DNA from: a virus
Strand: one strand, 5' to 3'
Virus record (IMG/VR): IMGVR_UViG_3300046468_002660
Length of the DNA stretch: 64,000 bases
Shown here: piece by piece, positions 37,614 to 47,043 of the stretch
How positions within the stretch are numbered: position 1 is the stretch's first letter
How the letters are laid out: each line of letters starts with the position of its first letter
Made by a program: the position numbers and the translations under genes
Notes under the pieces: generated by a model
Seen by the model: the letters and a program-made list of their open reading frames with translations, nothing else
Databases searched by the model: none
Told to the model about the DNA's origin: nothing

Positions 37614-40168
37614 TGAGTTGTATAAATAAAAATTTAGATAGTTTATGTAATAAATTTGTATCCTTGAATATCAATTTAAGCCCAACAGGGGGACCCACCA
37701 TAGACTGTGAATTAATTGGAGAACCAAATGGCAACCCTGTTGAGGTTGCTAGTGGCATAGTTAATGAATTAAATAATTTAGACTTACCTATACCACTTGG
37801 ACCTTGGGTCGTTACATCTATAAAAACCGCAAAAAGTAGTAGTGGAATTGTAACTTCTGTGAGAGCTGTAGATTCTGTATGGCTAGACTATAATTCAAAG
37901 CTTCTTGGTGTTCAAGGATCTTCTGGTGGAGATGTTATCTTAGGAGAAGAGTACTTTCATATACAGGGTATACCTGTTGGGAAAAATTTAGGAAGAGGAG
38001 AGATTATTATCAAAGGAGATTTGTTGAGACAGTATTATAGAAATTTTAATAATGGAACTAAATATATTAATGCTGATGGCAATATAGTTTCGCAGAGCAG
38101 TTTAAGCGCTAAGCAGTTTTTAGAAAGCTACTCTTACTCTTTGCCTAACCCATTTATAGAATTTGGAAGTTTTTATTATAAATTTGAAGATTTAATTAAA
38201 GAAACTAAAGTAAATAATGCATCTGGTATCTATGGTTTATATAATGAATCTGGATCTTTTTTTGATGTCTTGAGTTCTATCGGGGCAAGTTTTGGAAAAT
38301 TATTTGTAGCTAATTCAATGTATGGAGCAACTTTTGTAGATTTAGCTTCTAATATTGGAAAACTAGAAGTTTTAGAGAACGCTGGAATATCAGTGCCAGA
38401 ATCAGCCGTTAACTCAGCTAAAGAAATTGATTTTGCTTCTGGTTATACAATAGAAGCTACAAGAATCAATAAGATGCCAGGGAGGTATAAAAACCAGTCT
38501 GACTTGGATGATGACATTGACTCAGATGATGGAAGGGCGATTTCTGATACGAATAGAAATGGATCCAAGTTTTGCTCGGTAGAACAATATACTAATAGTC
38601 AAGGGTCTAGCAGGGGAGGTATCGTAGACGCTTCGAAAATTTACAGAAGAGATAAGCAATACGATGAGTATGAATGGAAAAAATCTGATTTAGCTTGGGC
38701 TATATTTAAACAAACTAACTTGGGTAAAGAATATTGCGCAGCTGCAAATATAAAGAAAAGAGTGCTAGATGATATTGGGACAAAACCAGTAGATCAAGAT
38801 TTTTATAAAGAGATTCATGATAAAGAAACAATTAGAGATAATGATAATCAAAATGTAGCTGTGCACTACGAAGTTTACACTGGGTTTGGGGAAGATATTG
38901 ATTTAGAACAATGGGATAATGCGGCTTATTATTTAGATCAACCGCAAAAAGACGCTGAAGAATCTTTAACTTCAGAAGATGAAACAATAGATTATTCAAA
39001 CGAGTGCTTGCAGTATCATTTGGATTATAATAGATTTCAGTTTTGTACACATTTTTATAATGAAAGTGGCAGGAGGAGTCCGCAATACGGTAACGGAGCG
39101 CTTTTAGCTAGTGGAACTAAGAACGCTGATCAATATGGAAATAGCGTATTAAATCATTGCCCTTTTTCTAATTTTGGCTCAAGATATTTTAACTTAGGAT
39201 CAAAACAATGGTGGGCTGAGGGAGGAGCAGGTGTAAATTTCATTGAATGTTCGACATCGCTTAGTCAAACGCCGTTTGCTCCAGCTAAAAGTGAAGATAA
39301 GACTAATATTGCACAGTTTTTTGACATGACTAATGTTGATTTTGATGAACAGCAAGGAGTTATTATTTTAGATTTTGGTCAAAATCCTATGCCTGATTTT
39401 AATTTTGATTATGACCTCGATGGAGTTGAAAATTTTATTGATATGGGATCTCCCGTGCATGTAAACGGAGAGTCAACAAGTGGGGTTGCTTTTATCCGAT
39501 GGGATGGTACAGGAGGATTGCTGAAAAGAGCTCGAGATACTTTAAGTTCACTAGAGAACACGATAGATGATATGATTGGATCTAACCCCAGTCGCCCTGT
39601 GAAATTAGGTTATTCAGGTATGAAGAGTATGGATATTTCTGGTATGGGTCATAGAAGTGGTGATGGAAGGTTTGGGGATTCTCTATACGATAATAAAACA
39701 GAAGAAGATCAAATAGACAATATAAATCCAGAAATTAAAGCAATTAGAAAATATAATAGTACGACATGTATAAATCACACAAACGAAGGAACGGGTGCGG
39801 AAAAATTAAACCGAAAACATTTTAACTCAATTGTTGATTACGCGTGGACGGAAGGAGTACTAAATGCAGAAACAAAAAAATACAATCAATTACCTGTTAG
39901 ATATTTAGATGCTGATGGAAAATCTGAAGTTTATGGTTATAATGATTTGTGTAGTAACGCAAATTCTGTACCGTATTTACAGAAAATATCATTTACATTA
40001 ATTAATGAATTATATACAAATTTTGACCCAAAATATTTAGAAAGTTTAAGCGTTAATATAATTGATGGAAAAGTAATTGCGTCGTATACTTTTTCTGAAA
40101 AATCTTTACTGCCAGATTATAAAGGAATGAACGCTATGAAAGTTAAAATGCAAAATTCTATAAGATAA
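37613..40168 (+). CDS. tail tip/hub-like structural protein
   Basis: TGATG coupling; position in the tail module. Confidence 0.5.
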   Translation: MSCINKNLDSLCNKFVSLNINLSPTGGPTIDCELIGEPNGNPVEVASGIVNELNNLDLPIPLGPWVVTSIKTAKSSSGIVTSVRAVDSVWLDYNSKLLGVQGSSGGDVILGEEYFHIQGIPVGKNLGRGEIIIKGDLLRQYYRNFNNGTKYINADGNIVSQSSLSAKQFLESYSYSLPNPFIEFGSFYYKFEDLIKETKVNNASGIYGLYNESGSFFDVLSSIGASFGKLFVANSMYGATFVDLASNIGKLEVLENAGISVPESAVNSAKEIDFASGYTIEATRINKMPGRYKNQSDLDDDIDSDDGRAISDTNRNGSKFCSVEQYTNSQGSSRGGIVDASKIYRRDKQYDEYEWKKSDLAWAIFKQTNLGKEYCAAANIKKRVLDDIGTKPVDQDFYKEIHDKETIRDNDNQNVAVHYEVYTGFGEDIDLEQWDNAAYYLDQPQKDAEESLTSEDETIDYSNECLQYHLDYNRFQFCTHFYNESGRRSPQYGNGALLASGTKNADQYGNSVLNHCPFSNFGSRYFNLGSKQWWAEGGAGVNFIECSTSLSQTPFAPAKSEDKTNIAQFFDMTNVDFDEQQGVIILDFGQNPMPDFNFDYDLDGVENFIDMGSPVHVNGESTSGVAFIRWDGTGGLLKRARDTLSSLENTIDDMIGSNPSRPVKLGYSGMKSMDISGMGHRSGDGRFGDSLYDNKTEEDQIDNINPEIKAIRKYNSTTCINHTNEGTGAEKLNRKHFNSIVDYAWTEGVLNAETKKYNQLPVRYLDADGKSEVYGYNDLCSNANSVPYLQKISFTLINELYTNFDPKYLESLSVNIIDGKVIASYTFSEKSLLPDYKGMNAMKVKMQNSIR

Positions 40169-40464
40169 TGAAAGAAACAAAACCAAAAGGAAGTTTTAAT
40201 ATTCATAAATTAAATGCTGATTTTAATCAAGATGAAGGAGTGCCTCCAATTTCAATAAAAGGATTTGTTGATTCTACTGACGTTCAAGGTCTTTCAGGAA
40301 AGAGTATTAGGATAAATATAGAAAACTGGAACGTCAAAAAAGTAACAGACGATCAGAATTCAAATGTTATAGAAATTGCACTGAGAGAAATTAGGTATTG
40401 CGATGAAGATGGAGCTGAGTATAAGATGTACGTTTTGGGTTCGCAAATTATAGACGCAGAATAA
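40168..40464 (+). CDS. hypothetical tail-associated protein
   Basis: TAATG coupling on both sides. Confidence 0.6.
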   Translation: MKETKPKGSFNIHKLNADFNQDEGVPPISIKGFVDSTDVQGLSGKSIRINIENWNVKKVTDDQNSNVIEIALREIRYCDEDGAEYKMYVLGSQIIDAE

Positions 40465-42581
40465 TGAGTTTGGGTTGTTGTTGCTCTGGAGAATTAGGGG
40501 GTTATTACCCTTATATTTATCATGGGTGGCCAGCAGCTTTAGCGAATGATGCTTATATTGATACAAGTATTTTATCAACGAAAATTTATAATTCTGTTTA
40601 TGATGTATTAGATTACCCAAACTTTACTTACAATATAACGTTTTTAAGAGGGAAGTGTTATGCTGCCTGCGGTGATTATGGATTAGTTAAGATGAATATG
40701 GAAGGAACATCAGATCCGTTAGCAACCCCTCTTCCTGAAGACAAATTAAAAGATTGGAATATAGATGACATATTTTTAAAATACCAGACAGAATATTTAT
40801 ACGATAACTCTGAAACTTTTCCAGGTTCTTACGAGTACACTACTGGAGATATTTGGTACAAAAATGAATTTGGTAGCAGATATGGATATGACAGGTTTAG
40901 GGGAGTGTATGATAGTGAGCCTTATTTTATAAACGGAAATCCTTATCTTATTGTTGCTCATGGAATGGGTGGAGTTAGTCTATTAAATGTTTCTGAAGAA
41001 AAACAAAATAAAAAAAATAGAGGGCCTACACCAGGAAATCACGTACAGATAATCAGTGGGTTTACAGAAGGCCCTGAAGAAGATGGTGATGGAGAACTTA
41101 AGCTAACAGTTTATAACACTGTAGAAGTAATTGGTAATAGATTATTTGTAGGGACTTGTGGGTATGACCCTCCTAAAACAGAATATGAAGATTATGATCA
41201 GCAGGATTATTGGCAACCAGAATATGATTATTACTACGGAGTTTATAATGAGTTAGCTATTTATAACCCCTCTTGCACTTTTGATGAAGATAAAGATGGA
41301 AAAAATCTTGAAGCAAATGGAATAGAAATATATGATATAGATAAATTATTGCAGTACGCAGGGATAGAGCCTATTAAAAGACCAATAACTCCAACCCCTG
41401 GAACTCAAAACTACAATCAAGAATTTTATATTGATGAAATTAGTGAAGAATTAGCTATTGAGTTAATTGGTTACCCAATGATTAACCAAATAGATTTAGA
41501 TGGAAATCACGTCAATCAATTAGATACCGATGGGCAAAATTTATATGTAGCAGCTGGGAAAAACACTTATGATACCAGCGGGAATGTTAGTGCAATATCT
41601 GGAGGGTTATATAAAATATCTAGAACTAATAACAACGAAGGTCAAGAAAATTATATTAAAAATAAATTAACATCTATATGCCCTTCGTCATTTGACTTAC
41701 ACAAACAAGATATATATTTTACATCTCCAGATTTAATAGCGGGGAGTAATACTCAAAAATTAATTTATAAAATTGATTTAAGTAATGGAGATCAAGATCC
41801 TAGGGTTACAAATTTAAACATTAATAATTATAAAGATGTTGAAGTTGTAATATGTAAAGATCCAGCTTCAACATGTTTTATTTTTAATCCGTATGATTTC
41901 TCTAATTATCAATTTGATGGAGGTTACGGCCCTGTTGTTGATAGTTTTATTGAACCAACTCAAAGAGGTTTAAGTAATTTATGTCACCGAGATCTTACAA
42001 GTGATGGAGACTTAAGTTACCCTTATTATTCTAATGAAAAATTTGGAACTATTCCTACGGGAATAAAAATCGTAAAAGGGGTTAGGAACCCAGACAGACC
42101 AACAGAACCCGCTAGAGATGTAATTATTATTAGTTTTTGGCAGAATGGTTATTCAGTTTATGACCTAGAAACCTTAGAGCTCAAACAAAGGGTAAGAAGT
42201 TATTTTAATATTAACAGTTGTGAAAATTCTTGCGGAGAAACAGGGGATGAAGTTGATTGTAAAAGAGATGGGTTTTTGAATACAGAGGAAGCGGCTTTAC
42301 TGGGCTTAGGGCAAGGAGAGGCTGATATTAATCCAGATTTAAGTATTGCTTGTGGAAGGATAGAAACTTATAGAGGGAATGTTTATATCATCGATTCTAT
42401 TCAATATGTAGCAAATGGAGCTGGACCTGGAATTTATAACCCTTTTTTTAGGACAAATGCTGCATTAACTAAATCTTCTTTATTAAAAGGTTTTCAAATA
42501 TTTGGTGGAATAATTGAGCTTGGCTATCTAGATGTTCCAGATGAAACCTCAAGAATACCAATTACTCCAACATTTATATAA
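40464..42581 (+). CDS. beta-propeller (LVIVD-like) putative receptor-binding protein
   Basis: Repeating blades YAACGDYGLV, LIVAHGMGGVSLL, LFVGT, LYVAAG; N-terminal GCCCSG. Confidence 0.55.
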   Translation: MSLGCCCSGELGGYYPYIYHGWPAALANDAYIDTSILSTKIYNSVYDVLDYPNFTYNITFLRGKCYAACGDYGLVKMNMEGTSDPLATPLPEDKLKDWNIDDIFLKYQTEYLYDNSETFPGSYEYTTGDIWYKNEFGSRYGYDRFRGVYDSEPYFINGNPYLIVAHGMGGVSLLNVSEEKQNKKNRGPTPGNHVQIISGFTEGPEEDGDGELKLTVYNTVEVIGNRLFVGTCGYDPPKTEYEDYDQQDYWQPEYDYYYGVYNELAIYNPSCTFDEDKDGKNLEANGIEIYDIDKLLQYAGIEPIKRPITPTPGTQNYNQEFYIDEISEELAIELIGYPMINQIDLDGNHVNQLDTDGQNLYVAAGKNTYDTSGNVSAISGGLYKISRTNNNEGQENYIKNKLTSICPSSFDLHKQDIYFTSPDLIAGSNTQKLIYKIDLSNGDQDPRVTNLNINNYKDVEVVICKDPASTCFIFNPYDFSNYQFDGGYGPVVDSFIEPTQRGLSNLCHRDLTSDGDLSYPYYSNEKFGTIPTGIKIVKGVRNPDRPTEPARDVIIISFWQNGYSVYDLETLELKQRVRSYFNINSCENSCGETGDEVDCKRDGFLNTEEAALLGLGQGEADINPDLSIACGRIETYRGNVYIIDSIQYVANGAGPGIYNPFFRTNAALTKSSLLKGFQIFGGIIELGYLDVPDETSRIPITPTFI

Positions 42582-42620
42582 TTGATTTTTTGTGTATAAA
42601 TAGTATAATAGTAATATATT

Positions 42621-42827
42621 ATGAACACAAATGAAATAATTGATAATTTTTTTAAATTAGATAAAGTTTTAATTGATAGTCCTATAAAAGAAAATTTATT
42701 AAAACTAAGAGAGGAGTTCAAAAACGAAATAAATGCAAATAACGGGGGATGCACTCCTTGCAAAAGAGCTGCTGCTCATAGAAAATATACCGCAATTATT
42801 AATGATTTAATTAATAAAAATGACTAA
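42621..42827 (+). CDS. hypothetical protein (CxxC)
   Basis: ORF after a GTGTA motif; GGCTPCKR. Confidence 0.65.
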   Translation: MNTNEIIDNFFKLDKVLIDSPIKENLLKLREEFKNEINANNGGCTPCKRAAAHRKYTAIINDLINKND

Positions 42828-43170
42828 AGAAATTATAGAGCTTTATCTATGGGGATTTTTAGCAACATTAAATTGGATTTTTGTCTGGCAAACCACAACT
42901 TTAAAAGTGCACTTTTTAGAAATATGGATATTTTTAAGAAGAATAAAAAAGAAAGTTTATACACCTACAGACTTTGAAGAATATGTTTATAAAAACTGGG
43001 GCATTTTAGGGGAACTATTAACTTGCCCTATTTGTTTTAGTCACTGGGTTGGAGCTATATTTTCCTCTTTATTAACTTATTTTTTTGGAGGCGAATGGTA
43101 TTTAATACCACTTGCTTTTTTCACTTACCCTGTTTGGATTTATTTGTTGTTAAGAAAATATATTAGTTAA
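42820..43170 (+). CDS. membrane protein, DUF1360-like
   Basis: GELLTCPICFSHW motif and hydrophobic helices. Confidence 0.6.
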   Translation: MTKEIIELYLWGFLATLNWIFVWQTTTLKVHFLEIWIFLRRIKKKVYTPTDFEEYVYKNWGILGELLTCPICFSHWVGAIFSSLLTYFFGGEWYLIPLAFFTYPVWIYLLLRKYIS

Positions 43171-43930
43171 ATTGTTCTTTTATAATCTTAAGAAGAATTC
43201 TACAGTCTTTTGACGGGATATCTTGATAACAAGTCCAATTAGATGCTTCGCTATTTATAAAAGTATTTGAATCTTTTAACTCTAATAAATAATCTTTAAA
43301 GCATTTGAAGTCTGTGCAATTAACATATTGTATGGCTAATTTTTCTAATGTAGAATGTATAGATAAAGATGGGGTAATATTTTCGCTTACCACTTTTTGA
43401 TCAGAGGTATCCATTTCGTCAAGCCCTACGATATGGACATTTAAGAAATTTCTTACAGCTCTAACGAAAGATCGATTGCAAGCTATTGTCTCTAAGAATT
43501 TAACAGCAAAACTGCTGCAATTATTAATTGTAGCATTCGCCATATCTTCATAAACTACTTTTTCAGGAGTTTCGTAATTAGAAATAAAACAGATTTTACA
43601 TTTTACAGCAACGTGATTGTGTTCACATTTTACCATCTCATAAGAAACGGAGTTAAAACCCCTGAGCCTTGCTAATTCTTTTATGCCCGATAATTTTATT
43701 AAAAGTTGGTGATCTTTTAAACCATCAATTACTTTAGGGACAGGTTTTTTAAATCTTTCAAACCACGCTTTATTTGGAAAAAGATGCTCTTCTCCAACCA
43801 TAGCTCTCCAATTTATTGAACCATCTTCATTGAAGACATATTCGACATTTTTTAAAAGTCCATTTTCATCTCTTTGAAAATTATTTGGTCCAAATGAATT
43901 ATCGATTTTTTCTTGTTTTTCTTTAGGCAT
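43163..43930 (-). CDS. putative Rad52/Sak-like ssDNA-annealing protein
   Basis: beta-beta-helix pattern VAVKCKI...DMANAT...ETIACNRSFVRAVR; clustered with SSB. Confidence 0.45.
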   Translation of the reverse strand: MPKEKQEKIDNSFGPNNFQRDENGLLKNVEYVFNEDGSINWRAMVGEEHLFPNKAWFERFKKPVPKVIDGLKDHQLLIKLSGIKELARLRGFNSVSYEMVKCEHNHVAVKCKICFISNYETPEKVVYEDMANATINNCSSFAVKFLETIACNRSFVRAVRNFLNVHIVGLDEMDTSDQKVVSENITPSLSIHSTLEKLAIQYVNCTDFKCFKDYLLELKDSNTFINSEASNWTCYQDIPSKDCRILLKIIKEQFN

Positions 43931-43963
43931 GGTGTACTACTATAAAATATTTAACTGTATTTG

Positions 43964-44497
43964 TCAAGACTTTTTTAAATTATTAATTTGTGTTTGAATT
44001 CTGTGATTAATTGTTCTATTTATAATTGATTGAATGAAGCTGATAGTGATTTCAACCTCACCTGGTTCAAGTGGGATTTTAAATGTGTCTGTTCCGTTTC
44101 TAGTTATCGATAAACCGAAAGCTGGAATAACTTGATAGTTTTCTTCAAACTGTTTTGTTTTTTGGTTAAGCGAACTAATTTTTATTTTTTTATCCCATGG
44201 GGAAAATTTTATAGTTGTTTTATTACCCTCATAATTGTGGAAGGTGTTGTATTCATAACGATTCCTAAGGGAGCTTATTATGGAACCACACTCAAATTCA
44301 TTGAATTTTATTGATAAATTTTTAGATGGATCATCAGCGTTAGAAGAGAAGTTTCCAGTTTTTTTTGCGTCATCCCAACTGTATTGCTTAATTGAATTAA
44401 CGAAAAGGCAGGGGTCGCCGTTTTTTTGTACGCCATACCTAAAGCTGAAGGCGCACCCACTGTTTTTTGAATTTGGTTTATATATAGATATGCTCAT
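43964..44497 (-). CDS. putative Whirly/PC4-like ssDNA-binding protein
   Basis: IYK...; FNEFECGSII...TFH; FKIPLEPGEV, a duplicated beta-sheet/helix pattern. Confidence 0.4.
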   Translation of the reverse strand: MSISIYKPNSKNSGCAFSFRYGVQKNGDPCLFVNSIKQYSWDDAKKTGNFSSNADDPSKNLSIKFNEFECGSIISSLRNRYEYNTFHNYEGNKTTIKFSPWDKKIKISSLNQKTKQFEENYQVIPAFGLSITRNGTDTFKIPLEPGEVEITISFIQSIINRTINHRIQTQINNLKKS

Positions 44498-44499
44498 AA

Positions 44500-44889
44500 T
44501 TAATCATAGGAAATTTTCCAGTTTTTATTTTCAAAAGTTCTTTGCTTCATTTCGTTAATATGCTTAGCTCCTTTTCTTTCTTTTGAATATTGTTTGAAAT
44601 ATTTTTGTTGAACGGGATCTACGCCTCCGTGAATTTTTTTTCTCTGCTCGGATAATTCTTTAGAGTAGTTCTGTAGGTCTCCGTATGTACCTTTCATATT
44701 CCCTGTCTTTTCCACGAAGGCTTTACTATTGAATGGATCTATTGATGACTCTGTATTTAATTGAGGGTTGGTCCAAACCCTTTTCCACTCAATCCCTTCT
44801 TCGTCAAAAAAAATGTGTTTTTCATTCATTGATTGAATGATTTCAATGTATTCTTCGCGCTGAGGGTGTTTGTAAATATATGTTGGCAT
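44500..44889 (-). CDS. FmdB-like protein (Cys-less zinc-ribbon-like N-terminus)
   Basis: MPTYIYK...EIIQSMNE...WKRVW; start moved to ATG 44889. Confidence 0.55.
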   Translation of the reverse strand: MPTYIYKHPQREEYIEIIQSMNEKHIFFDEEGIEWKRVWTNPQLNTESSIDPFNSKAFVEKTGNMKGTYGDLQNYSKELSEQRKKIHGGVDPVQQKYFKQYSKERKGAKHINEMKQRTFENKNWKISYD

Positions 44890-44890
44890 A

Positions 44891-45403
44891 TTAAAATTCA
44901 AAGTCTTCCTCGAAAGAACTGTAAGAACTTTCGCCTGTATCAAATTCTCCAGAATCTGTACTTTCGGTAGATTCGACTGAAGTATCTTTAGGGGTTTCTA
45001 CTTCTTTTTTCGGGGGTCTACCTCGTTTTTTAGTTTGTTTAGGTTCGCTTTCTGGCGAATCATTTACTTCAACTTTAGGACCAAATTGAACTTTTCCGCA
45101 ATAACCATCAACATTAATAGTGACACTGTTACAAGAGAACTCTTCTCCATTTTGCATGCTTTTTTTATACTGCTTAGGGATTACAGAAGCGTTCGATATA
45201 AAAACTTGAGCTCCTTTTTTTAAAAGCATACATTTCTCACCTTCTCTACCCCAAACATCAACATAAAAGAATAAAGCTGTTTCGTTATGTGGATTATTTA
45301 CAGCAATTCTGAATTTGCAAACCTTGCTTTTTCCAGCGTTTTTAAGTTCTGGATCTGCAACTAGATTCCCAATGCAGTGAAATTGATTTAAGTAAAATGC
45401 CAT
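44891..45403 (-). CDS. ssb: single-stranded DNA-binding protein
   Basis: IGNLVADPELK, FRIAVN, VDVWG OB-fold; acidic tail EEDFEF. Confidence 0.85.
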   Translation of the reverse strand: MAFYLNQFHCIGNLVADPELKNAGKSKVCKFRIAVNNPHNETALFFYVDVWGREGEKCMLLKKGAQVFISNASVIPKQYKKSMQNGEEFSCNSVTINVDGYCGKVQFGPKVEVNDSPESEPKQTKKRGRPPKKEVETPKDTSVESTESTDSGEFDTGESSYSSFEEDFEF

Positions 45404-45404
45404 A

Positions 45405-45971
45405 TTATTTTTCCTTTCTTATTTTGTTTATAAATTTATTGTGAACATTAATACACCCTTGAACACTCAGTTGTACTTGGTTATCCTGGCAGACATCTTT
45501 CCAAGGCATTAAATTATTTTTTTTCCCTTCTAGATACCTGAGCTGAAAAATTCTAAAAACTCGAGTATCTTTTTGTTTTTTAAGAACATTTATAGCTTCA
45601 ATAATAGAAGAGTAGTCTGTTTGACTTTTTTCTTCGTAATTTTTGAATACATCTTCATTGCAGTTAACTTCGCAACTTGCGATTGTTTTATTGTAATCAT
45701 TCATGCACATCCATTTTATTCTATTACCTAAATAAGTGCTAAATTTTGTATTTTTGGTTTCGTCAAAATCTAGGGTCACAAGATATATATAATAATTCTT
45801 ATCCCTTAAAAAGTCAAGTTTTTTTTCTTTAAATTTTTTTGAAATATACTTGTGGGCCATTTTGTAAAAAATTCCAGAATGCCTCTCTGATATAATTTTA
45901 AAATTTTCAGAAACGTTAATTCCTTCTTTAATTTGTTTTATGATTTCGCTATCTAATCTTGAGTCTTTCAT
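45405..45971 (-). CDS. sigma70-like phage transcription factor
   Basis: DFDETKNTKFSTYLGNRIKW (region 2); IFQLRY...WKDV (region 4-like). Confidence 0.72.
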   Translation of the reverse strand: MKDSRLDSEIIKQIKEGINVSENFKIISERHSGIFYKMAHKYISKKFKEKKLDFLRDKNYYIYLVTLDFDETKNTKFSTYLGNRIKWMCMNDYNKTIASCEVNCNEDVFKNYEEKSQTDYSSIIEAINVLKKQKDTRVFRIFQLRYLEGKKNNLMPWKDVCQDNQVQLSVQGCINVHNKFINKIRKEK

Positions 45972-46518
45972 TTATAAATCCATCAATAAAGGGTTTTCCT
46001 AGATCTATGTTGTTATCAAAGTCCCCCCAAGATATTACATAATTTGCATTGTTTTTTAATAAAGGGGTGTTTTTTTCTTCTTCTTCGTTTGCGGGTTTAA
46101 ATCCAAATCGCTCTATATGAACATTTATACAATTTTTAAATTTATCTAAAAAATAACTTTGTTCATTAGGGTATCGAGTATCTGTTATTACCGCAATCGT
46201 TTTGTCATTAAAAGGCTTTGTTTTAATTTTTTCAAAAAGTTTTTTAATCCAAATTTCTTTATCTAATTTTCTAGCAACGTGCGTTCCGTAAGAAACCATT
46301 AGTGGTCGGATAATTTCTTTTTGCTCATCTGTAGGATTGCATGGATCTATATTAAAGTTGCCCATAAGTAACGGTTTTAAATCTTCTTTAATTTGATCTG
46401 CGAAAGCAAATCTATGGGTTTTGAAATCTAACGGCAGGGACTGGCTTAATAAGTTAAAAAAAGTGTCCTTACCTGCTCTAGCCACTCCTGATACGAGTAT
46501 TATTGTTCCTTCTTTCAT
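45949..46518 (-). CDS. deoxynucleoside monophosphate kinase-like P-loop protein
   Basis: SGVARAGKDT, FAFADQIK, ITDTRYPNE. Confidence 0.78.
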   Translation of the reverse strand: MKEGTIILVSGVARAGKDTFFNLLSQSLPLDFKTHRFAFADQIKEDLKPLLMGNFNIDPCNPTDEQKEIIRPLMVSYGTHVARKLDKEIWIKKLFEKIKTKPFNDKTIAVITDTRYPNEQSYFLDKFKNCINVHIERFGFKPANEEEEKNTPLLKNNANYVISWGDFDNNIDLGKPFIDGFINERLKIR

Positions 46519-46519
46519 T

Positions 46520-46816
46520 TTATTCTGGTATTATTTTTCTAAATTTTTTAGATAAGTCATGCATACCTATATCTGATAAGACCATTGATGTAGAGTAAAC
46601 TTTTGAATGTTCTTCAGAAAAGTTTATTGAATAGTTAGTCATATCTACTACTATTATGGCTGGTGATAATTTTAAATTCTTGCCCATTTTTTCAAACATT
46701 TTTTCAAGACCCACAGAAACCGCCTTATCAAAAGATGTAGATATGACTGTAATTTCCCAGTCTGCTGAGGTTATAAAGTATGAATTTGTAAGATCGTCGC
46801 TTTTAATTCTTCTCAT
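46520..46816 (-). CDS. hypothetical protein
   Basis: First ORF of the minus-strand operon. Confidence 0.65.
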   Translation of the reverse strand: MRRIKSDDLTNSYFITSADWEITVISTSFDKAVSVGLEKMFEKMGKNLKLSPAIIVVDMTNYSINFSEEHSKVYSTSMVLSDIGMHDLSKKFRKIIPE

Positions 46817-47043
46817 TAAGCCGACAATTATAAACTATAAAAAACAAAAAGTCAAAGAAAAAATTTATTTTTTGTTTATTATTATTATGAGATTATATAT
46901 TTTTATTGATAACTATTTAATATCCTTATAATAATATTAATTATATAATATATATATTAAGGATTTTTTTTCTTGCGTAAATTTCACAAATCTGATAATA
47001 TTATGAAAAACTTAAATCCCCTGTGTAACAAAACTTTATTCAA

